From Myxococcota bacterium (GTDB taxonomy: Bacteria > Myxococcota_A > UBA9160 > UBA4427): 64,000 nucleotides of DNA. Every line of letters begins with the position of its first letter. Within the stretch, counting starts at the first letter, position 1. The DNA lies in assembly GCA_965250285.1 (NCBI GenBank), contig OZ252299.1:1856001-1920000 (forward strand). The letters run 5' to 3'. Below, in pieces: positions 51,113 through 58,627 of the stretch. The notes beneath the pieces were generated by a model that worked only from the letters and a program-made list of their open reading frames with translations, did not search any database and was not told where the DNA came from. The translations under genes and the position numbers were made by a program.

Positions 51113-51203
51113 GCACAGACCGTAGCGCCGCATCGCAGGGGCCCACTCCGCCGCGGGCCCAAGGGGCGCGCGTGTCGCACCCCGCGGTAGCGCTTCGGCG
51201 CGC

Positions 51204-52475
51204 CTACTCTTCGATCAGCTCCACGAACAGATCATCGAGATCCTGGACGACGGGCTGACCACCGGTCTCGGCCTCGGGCTCGTCGGAGAGCACGATCTGG
51301 GTGGCCTCGGCCGAGAGCGAAGCCGAAGCGTTGTCGGCTTCGAACGTCGGCAACGCCTCGCTCAGCGAGTCGCCCGGGTCAGCCGACCCGAAGCCGGCGT
51401 CCATCAATGTCGTGAGCTCCGCCTCGGCGCTCGCCGCCTTCGGCGAAGCGGCCGCGCCGCTCGGCTCGACGTAGGCGTCGAGGTCGGTGCCCGTCGAGAT
51501 GATGGTCGTCTGTTCGGCGCTCGCGCTGTCGTTGCCCCCGCCCAGCACGGCATCCGCAACGGCAGCGGCGGGCTTCGGCGGCGGGATCGGGCGCTCGAAC
51601 GCCTCGGCGAGATCGGCCGGCGGCGCGACCCCCGGTGCCAGGCTGGTATGCGTCGAGCCGGGCTCCGCACCGATGGCCAGATCGCCCGCTGCTCGCTCGA
51701 CGTCGGTCGGCTCGATCGACTGACGGCCGGCGAGGAACGCCTCGAAGAGCGCGTTGTCGATCAGCGTGTTGATGATGCGCGGACGACCGCGACTGAACTT
51801 GAGCAGGGTCTCGGCGGCCGCGGGCGGCACGATGTTCGGCTGGCCGCCGGCCAGACCGATCCGGTGGTAGAGATACGCGGTGACGTTCGCGAGATCGAGG
51901 GGCTGCAGACGCACCCGCACGTCGACCCGTTGATGCAGCGAAGACTCACCCTGAAGCCGATCCTCGAGCTCGGACGAGCCGACGAGCACCAGCGACAGGA
52001 GGCCCCGATCCTCGTACTCGAGATTCAGCAGGCCACCGATCTCGGCCAGCGCGTCGGGGCTCAGGATGTGCGAGTCGTCGATGATGAGCACCGCGTGGCG
52101 ACCGTCTTCGCGGACGATCGCCAGGTGCTCGTAGATCTGACCGATCAGGGCCGAGCGTTCGCCCGCGGGCTCGTCGACGCCGAGCTGGCCCGCGAACCGC
52201 GACAGCACGCTCTGCGCGTCGGCAGCGCCCGGCAGCATCACCATCAGCACGGCTTCGAAGATCTCCTCTTCGAGGTTCTCGTAGAGCCGACGGGTGAGCA
52301 GCGTCTTGCCGGCACCGGCCTCACCGGTCAGCAGACACAGCCCCTTGTTCTGCCGCACGGCCCGGTCGAGCCGACGCATGGCGTCCGTATGGCACGCGCT
52401 CTCGAAGAAGAAGCGCAGATCGGGCTCGTTGCGGAAGGGATCCTGGCTCAATCCGAAGTGCTGCAGATGCTCCAC
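51204..52475 (-). CDS. ExeA-family AAA ATPase with acidic C-terminal tail
   Basis: HFGL..DPF, GEAGAGKT Walker A, LIIDDSH Walker B, GRPRIIN. Confidence 0.88.
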   Translation of the reverse strand: MEHLQHFGLSQDPFRNEPDLRFFFESACHTDAMRRLDRAVRQNKGLCLLTGEAGAGKTLLTRRLYENLEEEIFEAVLMVMLPGAADAQSVLSRFAGQLGVDEPAGERSALIGQIYEHLAIVREDGRHAVLIIDDSHILSPDALAEIGGLLNLEYEDRGLLSLVLVGSSELEDRLQGESSLHQRVDVRVRLQPLDLANVTAYLYHRIGLAGGQPNIVPPAAAETLLKFSRGRPRIINTLIDNALFEAFLAGRQSIEPTDVERAAGDLAIGAEPGSTHTSLAPGVAPPADLAEAFERPIPPPKPAAAVADAVLGGGNDSASAEQTTIISTGTDLDAYVEPSGAAASPKAASAEAELTTLMDAGFGSADPGDSLSEALPTFEADNASASLSAEATQIVLSDEPEAETGGQPVVQDLDDLFVELIEE

Positions 52476-52527
52476 GACTCGACCTCTCGATTCCTGACGC
52501 GCGTCTCTCGGCCGCGGCGGCGGCGGA

Positions 52528-55500
52528 TCAGACGAACGAGATCTTCTTCTTGCGGCGACCCGACGACCCCGGATCGGTCGGCGGTTCGTCGTCGGCCTCG
52601 GGCATCGGCTCGGCGTCGACGACGTCGGGCTCGGGTTCTTCTTCGACGGCCGTGATCACGTCGTCGAAGCTCTCGAACGACTCGGCCGGGGCCTCGGGTG
52701 CAGCGTCGTCGCCCCCGTCTTCCGAGAACAGGTCGTCGAACGACTCGAAGCCGGCATCGGCCTCGCTCGCGAGCTCGACGGGCGCACCGCTGCCGCCACC
52801 GCGGACGGCCTCGAGCCGCTCCTCGATGGTCGGGAAGCTCGCATCGAGGGACTGCACCTCGAGATAGACACTCTCGGCCCGACCCGGATCGCCGGCGGCC
52901 TCGTGCGCGCGACCGAGATCGAAGTACACACCGACCTTTCGGCCTTCTTCGAGCTCGGGGGTGGCGAGCGCCTGCTCGAGGTGGTTGACCGCGTCGCTCG
53001 CGCGCCCCAGATCGAGGGCACACAGGCCCATCATGTGCAGGCTCTCGAGCCGACGGTTGGTCGAGTCGATGCAGACGCGGAACTCGGCAATGGCGTCTTC
53101 GTACAGACCCATCTCGCGGTAGGCAATGCCGAGGTCATAGCGCGTCTCGTAGTCGCCCTCTTCGAGCGACGCGCTCACGCCCTTCTTGAAGTCGCTGAAG
53201 ATCGACTCGAAGCCATCTTCGACCTTCGAAAGGACCGAGGCCGTCTCGCCCGACTCCCCGTCGCTGGGCGGATCGTCGGCGTTGGCCTCTTCGAAGGCCC
53301 CGGCCAGCTCGGCCGCGAGATCGAACGAGTCACCGGCGTCGTCGGCCGCCGCCGCGACGGGCTCGGGCGGCGTCGAAGCAGACTCGAGCGTGGGCTCGAT
53401 CGGCTGCGTTTCTTCGATGGTCGGGGTCGCGTCGGCAAGCGCGGCATCGGCCATGTCTTCCGCGAGCAGCGGGCTCGCAGGGACTTCGACCGCGGCGGCG
53501 GCCGCGGCGTCGAGCATCTCGACCTCGGTCGACTCTTCGGTGTCGGCGTCGAAGGTCACGTCGAGATCGAGACCCGCTTCCACGCTCTCCGTGGTCGGCT
53601 CGCTCTCGTCTGCTGCCGGCGTCGGATCGGGGGCGGCTTCGAGGCCGATGTCGAGCGCGGCCTCTTCGATGAGCGCGCCGTCTTCGCCGTCCGTCGCGGC
53701 GTCCACCGACTCCGGGCTGCCCCCGCGGCTCGCCTCGATCTCGCCGAGCCGCAGCAACGCGCTCGGGTGGCCGGGCGCCGACGCGAGAACGCGGCGGTAG
53801 ATCTCCTCCGCCTCGTCGTACAGCTCCTGCTGCAGGTAGAACTCGGCCTCTTCGAGCTCACCGGCGATGCGCTGAGCGGTCGTGGTCGAGTGCTCACCTG
53901 CCGACGTGTCCATGTCGCCGGGCGCTTCGATCGCGGTGCCGTCCGTATCGACGTCCACGTCGATGTCGAGCTCGGCGCCCACGTCGTCGCTCAGTTCGAG
54001 GCCCGCGTCGCCGTCGCCGATCTCGAAACCGATCTCGTCGTCCGGTTCGTCGGCGCCGGCACCGATCTCGAGCCCGGCATCGACGCTGATGTCGAGCCCG
54101 GCGTCGGGGTCGGTCTCGGAGAGATCGAAGCCCACGTCGGCTCCGCTGTCCGAGAGATCGAAGCTCGAATCGGAGTCGGCTCCGGAATCCGTCAGATCGA
54201 AGTCCGAATCGGATTCGGCCCCCGAATCCGACAGATCGAAGCCGGCGTCGCCCGCGTCGAGGTCGAGCTCGTCGTCCGCGGCGCTGGCATCGGCCCCAAC
54301 GCCGTCCGAAGCCTCTGCCAGTGCGGCCGCGAGATCGTCGTCGGCATCGATGTCGATCTCGAACGAGCCGTCGTCGGCGGCGACATCACCGTCGCCGGTG
54401 GCATCGTCGAGCGATAGCTCGAGCCCGTCCTCGTCGTCGAGGTCGAGGTCGATCTCCGCGCCCGCTCCGGCGCTCGGTTCGGGCGCATCGACTTCGACAT
54501 CGAGATCCAGCTCGAGCTCGAGCTCGTCGTCCGCTGCGCCGTCAGCGGCCGCGGACGGTCCGGCGTCGAGGCTCGGCAGCGCGGCCGCGGCGTCGGGATC
54601 GAGCGTGTGAATGCGATCGCGAAGCAGATCGAGCGCGCCGGCGTCGCCCTGCTCTGCGGCGAGCTCGGCGGCACGCGTCCAGTGCGCGACGGCGCCCGCT
54701 TCGTTGCCCTGCTCGGCCACGGCCTCGCCCAGCTTCTCGAGCGCACCGCGGTGACCGGGATCCTGGAGGAGGATGGCCTTCAGGCTCGCCATCGCCTGCT
54801 CGACCTTGCCGTAGCGCAGATAGACACTCGCCTCGGCGAAGAGCTGGTCGGGGTCGCCTTCCGGCACCTCGATCTCGGGGGCACTGTCGGCGTCGGGATC
54901 TGCGTCGGGGACCTCGAGCGGCGTCGGATCCTGCGGCGTGTCGAGCTCGATCTCGGGCTCGGGCTCGGGCGCCGGCGGGCTGTCGTCGACCTCGTCGCCG
55001 AGCAGGAACTCGTCGTCGTCGAGCAGCTCGTCGTCCGAGAGCGAGGGCTCCTCCATCTCACTCTGATCACTGCCGATGCCACCGGCATCCACGACGGCGT
55101 CGGTCGGCAGCCGCTGCATGATCTCACGGGCCTGATCTTCATCGCCGCGGTCGCGGTAGAGCTTCGCCAGCGAGCGCGTCGTGATCGCGAGCTTCTCGTC
55201 GTCGTCGAGCGACCGATAGATCGTGCAGAGCCGCTCGAGGTTCTCGGCGTCCGCATCGAGGTCGGCCAGGCGAGCGGCGAAGGGTTCGGCGCGGTCGGCG
55301 CGACCGAGCTCGATGTTGACGTCGGCGAGCTTCGACAGCGTGTCCGTCGACTCGGGCTCGATCTCGAGGATCCGCTCGAGGACGGGCGGCACCGAATCGA
55401 GCGCGCCCTGACGCTTCAGCTCGTCGGCGACCTCGCCGTACTCGGCCACCGCATCCGACTCCATGCCTTCCTGCTTGAGCAGGTCGGCCACCTTCATGCG

Positions 55501-55947
55501 GCTCGTCGTGTTCGAAGGGTCGAGCGCAGCCATCTTGCGAAGCAGCTCGAGGGCCTTGGGCTTGTTGCCCTCTTTGTGATAGCCGTCGGCGGCGGTCTGC
55601 AGCGCGCCGATCGCCTCGGCGTCGAGGCCCATGTGCTGATACAGATCGCCCAGCGAGACGTGCGTCTCGTAGCGCTTCGGGTCGAGGTTCAGGATCTGCT
55701 TGTAGACCGCCACTGCGCGGGCATCGAAGCCATCCTGACGAAACTGGGATGCGACCTTGTTGTACTGCGCGATCGCCTCTTCGACCTGGCCCCAGCGCCG
55801 ATACGCGTCGCCGACCTCGAGCATGAGCTTGGCGTCGCGGGGATCCGCCGCGAGGAGCTTGTCGTACTCCTTGAGAGCCTTCTGCTTGGCGCCCTTCTGC
55901 GCATGTTTGCGCGCGGCGTCCAGAACTTTGCGCTTGTTCAAGGCCAA
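52528..55947 (-). CDS. large TPR protein, SgmX-like pilus/polarity effector
   Basis: N-terminal TPR array, acidic linkers, internal single TPRs (FAEASVYLRYG, LEEAEFYLQQEL), C-terminal TPRs (YDLGIAYREMGL); located downstream of pilQ/roadblock; TTG start inferred. Confidence 0.8.
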   Translation of the reverse strand: MALNKRKVLDAARKHAQKGAKQKALKEYDKLLAADPRDAKLMLEVGDAYRRWGQVEEAIAQYNKVASQFRQDGFDARAVAVYKQILNLDPKRYETHVSLGDLYQHMGLDAEAIGALQTAADGYHKEGNKPKALELLRKMAALDPSNTTSRMKVADLLKQEGMESDAVAEYGEVADELKRQGALDSVPPVLERILEIEPESTDTLSKLADVNIELGRADRAEPFAARLADLDADAENLERLCTIYRSLDDDEKLAITTRSLAKLYRDRGDEDQAREIMQRLPTDAVVDAGGIGSDQSEMEEPSLSDDELLDDDEFLLGDEVDDSPPAPEPEPEIELDTPQDPTPLEVPDADPDADSAPEIEVPEGDPDQLFAEASVYLRYGKVEQAMASLKAILLQDPGHRGALEKLGEAVAEQGNEAGAVAHWTRAAELAAEQGDAGALDLLRDRIHTLDPDAAAALPSLDAGPSAAADGAADDELELELDLDVEVDAPEPSAGAGAEIDLDLDDEDGLELSLDDATGDGDVAADDGSFEIDIDADDDLAAALAEASDGVGADASAADDELDLDAGDAGFDLSDSGAESDSDFDLTDSGADSDSSFDLSDSGADVGFDLSETDPDAGLDISVDAGLEIGAGADEPDDEIGFEIGDGDAGLELSDDVGAELDIDVDVDTDGTAIEAPGDMDTSAGEHSTTTAQRIAGELEEAEFYLQQELYDEAEEIYRRVLASAPGHPSALLRLGEIEASRGGSPESVDAATDGEDGALIEEAALDIGLEAAPDPTPAADESEPTTESVEAGLDLDVTFDADTEESTEVEMLDAAAAAAVEVPASPLLAEDMADAALADATPTIEETQPIEPTLESASTPPEPVAAAADDAGDSFDLAAELAGAFEEANADDPPSDGESGETASVLSKVEDGFESIFSDFKKGVSASLEEGDYETRYDLGIAYREMGLYEDAIAEFRVCIDSTNRRLESLHMMGLCALDLGRASDAVNHLEQALATPELEEGRKVGVYFDLGRAHEAAGDPGRAESVYLEVQSLDASFPTIEERLEAVRGGGSGAPVELASEADAGFESFDDLFSEDGGDDAAPEAPAESFESFDDVITAVEEEPEPDVVDAEPMPEADDEPPTDPGSSGRRKKKISFV
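54118..54243 (-). repeat. intragenic acidic tandem repeat (FDL[S/T]DSGA.., ~39-bp units)
   Basis: FDLSDSGAESDSD-FDLTDSGADSDSS-FDLSDSGADVG-FDLS. Confidence 0.75.
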
Positions 55948-56024
55948 CGGGTCCCTCGGCGGTCGACAGAGGGGCAGCCACGGCACACCACGCCAGCGGT
56001 GGCAGTGATCCCCCCACGTACTGC

Positions 56025-56051
56025 CTATCGGCCAGCGCGCGCCCCCCTTGA
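56025..56051 (-). promoter_or_regulatory. sigma28/FliA-like promoter
   Basis: TCAA-N15-GCCGATAG upstream of the SgmX-like gene; near-consensus. Confidence 0.7.
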
Positions 56052-56221
56052 GCAAACCAGGGGGTTCCCTTCGGGAAACTGAGTGCTTCCACGCACGGTG
56101 ATTCGGGGGGAGTACGCAGCCTCGTTCGGGTCTCGAATCGCGCCGGAGGCGGCTTGAAATGCACTGAGACAGGGCCCGGCACGGCCGCGAGGCGGCGAAC
56201 TCCGGATCGAGGGCGAGCCCC

Positions 56222-56671
56222 TCAGCGCGCCTTCAGGTGCTCCACGAGCCCCTCGAGTCCGGCGCGATATCCCGCCGCGCCGAGGCCCGAAACCACCGCC
56301 AGCGCGATGTCCGACACGTAGGAATGGTGCCGGAAGGGCTCGCGGGCGAAGACGTTCGACAGGTGCACCTCGACGATGGGGAGCCCGGTCGCCGCGAGCG
56401 CATCGCGGATGGCGATGCTCGTATGGGTGAAGGCCGCCGGGTTGATCACGACACCATCGGCCTCGCCCATCGCCTGCTGGATGCGCTCGACGAGCTCACC
56501 TTCGTGATTCGATTGGAACGACGCGACTTCGCAGCCGAGCGACTTGCCCGCTTCGGCGAGACGGGCGTCGATGTCGGCCAGCGTCGTGTGCCCGTAGATC
56601 TCGGGCTCACGCCGCCCCAGCAGATTCAAGTTGGGACCGTGCAGGATCAGGATGCGGTGGACGTCGGACAC
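56222..56671 (-). CDS. aroQ: type II 3-dehydroquinate dehydratase
   Basis: [53 protein letters not shown]. Confidence 0.97.
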   Translation of the reverse strand: MSDVHRILILHGPNLNLLGRREPEIYGHTTLADIDARLAEAGKSLGCEVASFQSNHEGELVERIQQAMGEADGVVINPAAFTHTSIAIRDALAATGLPIVEVHLSNVFAREPFRHHSYVSDIALAVVSGLGAAGYRAGLEGLVEHLKAR

Positions 56672-56738
56672 GAGCGATCTCCGCGTCGGAGACGACGGAT
56701 CGGCGGCAGGCGCCCCGCCCTTCGATCGTCTCGCCGGC

Positions 56739-57113
56739 TCAGAGTTCCTGACGGATCGCCAGGATGCTGCGACGAATCAGATAGCGCGCTTTGCCGAGGT
56801 TGGCCTCTGGCGACAGCGCGCACACGACGAGGATGTCCTCGTCAACGTGGTGGAAGATCAGGGTCATGCGCTCGAGCGTCACGACGGTTTCGCGCACTGC
56901 GCCGCCACCGAGCGTGCTCGCGGCCTTGGCCACGTCGCCGATGATCCGGCTGAACTCGACCCCGGCGGCCCCGATGTCGCCGCCGAGCGGATCGCTCGCC
57001 CCCGACTGCGCCTGCACGCTCGAAATGGCGATGCCATCCGACTCCATCAGCGCGAGCGCCAGCGCCCCCGGACAGTCGGAGAGGATCTGCTGCAGAATCG
57101 TCTCGAAGCTCAT
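56739..57113 (-). CDS. Roadblock/LC7 domain protein, MglC-like
   Basis: MSF..L..PGA...[13 protein letters not shown]; position downstream of pilQ as for myxobacterial mglC. Confidence 0.8.
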   Translation of the reverse strand: MSFETILQQILSDCPGALALALMESDGIAISSVQAQSGASDPLGGDIGAAGVEFSRIIGDVAKAASTLGGGAVRETVVTLERMTLIFHHVDEDILVVCALSPEANLGKARYLIRRSILAIRQEL

Positions 57114-58288
57114 GCCACCCCCCGCTGCAGATTATGCAGCCAGCGCTCGAGTGTGGCCAGCACGCGGGCCCTCTGCGCCGCGTCGAGCTCATCTTCGGTC
57201 GTGGCCGACGCAGGCGCGGGCATCTGCTCGGCCGCATCCATCGGCGTGGCATCCTCGAACGGCGCGCCGGCCGCGAGCCCGGGTGCGAGCCCCTCAGGCT
57301 CGAGCGTCTCGTCGTCGAGCGCCGTGCGGATCGAGTTGGCGCCCGCATGATCGCCCTGCTGCTCGAGCAGACCCGCCATCGTGTGGGTCGCGAACGCCCC
57401 GCTCGCGGTCAGGTCGTATTCGCCCGGCTCGGCGTCGGGCCCCGGTGCCGCATCGACCTCGACCGCTGCGCTCTCGTCGGGGGCGTCGAACTCGGAGCGG
57501 TGAGCAGACGACCCGGTCTCGGCCCGCGCCGCGGCGCCGTGGTCGGCCACGCTGTCGAACGCCGAGGTGTCACCGAGCGGGCCGTCGGTCACAAGCGCAG
57601 ACGCGTCCGAGAGCGTCGAATCCCCATCTAGCGACACATCGGGATCAAAGAGCGACGGTTCGGCAGCGGACTGCGCGCGCGTCTCGCTCGACGCTTCGGC
57701 GTCGAGCGGAGCCTCGACCTCGAGCGGAGCGTTCGCCTCCAGCGCAGCGTCTGCGGCGAATACAGCCTCAGCGTCGAGCCCGGCCCCTTCTTCGAGCAAC
57801 GGATCCGCGTCGATCTCAGCGTCGACTTCGAACGGGGCCTCGGCGTCGAGGATCGACTCGGCCATGCGATTCGGTGAGTGCATTTCGTCGGGCTGCGCCT
57901 CGGCCTCGTCGAAGGCCGCATCGATCTCGGCGTCGGCGACCACCTCGAACGTATCCGACGAATCGGTCCGCGCATCGACCGGCGCCAGCGGTGCCTCCGG
58001 CTCGGTCTCGATGCGGTAGGGCTCGAGCATCTCGTCGAGCACGCGCTCGAGCTGGGCACGGCCCTGCTCGGGCTCGCCCAGATCCATTCGCGCCAGCGCG
58101 AGGGCCACGCGGCCGGCCAACCGTGAAGGCGCGCTGTCGAGGCCCGCCTCGGCCACGTCGCGGGCAGAAGTCGCGTCGCCCGCGCGCCGCAGCGCTTCGG
58201 CCAACGCCGGAAACTCGGGCGCCCCGGGGTCGTCGGCGACACGCGTGCGCAGGGCATCGAGGTCGAATCGAGCGTGTTCGTCGTGCAT
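57110..58288 (-). CDS. TPR-containing protein with long acidic linker
   Basis: N-terminal TPR (DP...F.ALAEALRRAG), T.TMAGLLEQQG motif, C-terminal LERWL helix. Confidence 0.8.
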   Translation of the reverse strand: MHDEHARFDLDALRTRVADDPGAPEFPALAEALRRAGDATSARDVAEAGLDSAPSRLAGRVALALARMDLGEPEQGRAQLERVLDEMLEPYRIETEPEAPLAPVDARTDSSDTFEVVADAEIDAAFDEAEAQPDEMHSPNRMAESILDAEAPFEVDAEIDADPLLEEGAGLDAEAVFAADAALEANAPLEVEAPLDAEASSETRAQSAAEPSLFDPDVSLDGDSTLSDASALVTDGPLGDTSAFDSVADHGAAARAETGSSAHRSEFDAPDESAAVEVDAAPGPDAEPGEYDLTASGAFATHTMAGLLEQQGDHAGANSIRTALDDETLEPEGLAPGLAAGAPFEDATPMDAAEQMPAPASATTEDELDAAQRARVLATLERWLHNLQRGVA

Positions 58289-58330
58289 CCCTTGCCCCCC
58301 ATCCGATGCGCGACCGACCGGCTGATCGGC

Positions 58331-58378
58331 TCGGTCCTCGCGTCGGTCCTCTTGTCGGTCCTCGCATCGGTCTCGGTC
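58331..58378. repeat. 12-bp tandem repeat (TCGGTCCTC[GT]NN) x3 plus partial
   Basis: tcggtcctcgcg / tcggtcctcttg / tcggtcctcgca / tcggtc.. Confidence 0.85.
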
Positions 58379-58400
58379 GATCCGCGCGTCTCGACCCGAG

Positions 58401-58468
58401 CTCAGCCGCCGGCGCTCGGCCCGCGTTGCTCAGCCGCCGGCGCTCGGCCCGCGTTGCTCAGCCCCCGG
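58401..58468. repeat. 28-bp exact tandem duplication plus partial third copy
   Basis: ctcagccgccggcgctcggcccgcgttg x2, then ctcagcccccgg. Confidence 0.9.
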
Positions 58469-58492
58469 CCAGCCGCCGTCGTCCGTGATCCG

Positions 58493-58520
58493 TCATCGGC
58501 AGATTCCGGCACCGAAGTGA
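58493..58520 (-). promoter_or_regulatory. sigma28/FliA-like promoter
   Basis: TCAC-N16-GCCGATGA between the pilQ terminator and the TPR-roadblock-aroQ genes. Confidence 0.55.
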
Positions 58521-58560
58521 GTCTCGCCAGCCGACCCGCCCCGCGTCGGACGAGGCCCAG

Positions 58561-58597
58561 TATAGAAGACGGGGGGAAGCCAAAGCTCCCCCCCGTC
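58561..58597 (-). terminator. intrinsic terminator of pilMNOPQ
   Basis: GACGGGGGG..CCCCCCGTC stem followed by TTCTAT on the minus strand, 30 nt after the pilQ stop. Confidence 0.7.
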
Positions 58598-58627
58598 CAG
58601 TTTGGTGCCGTTCTCAGCTTGGAACGA

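Noticed and set aside
56051..56100. c-di-GMP-I (GEMM) riboswitch suggested by GCAAACC
   Set aside because: It lacks the GNRA loop/receptor and the second GCAAAGC-type stem, and it is oriented opposite to the flanking genes.
58401..58468. 28-bp repeat as a mini-CRISPR
   Set aside because: The copies are directly adjacent with no spacers, and there are no cas genes.
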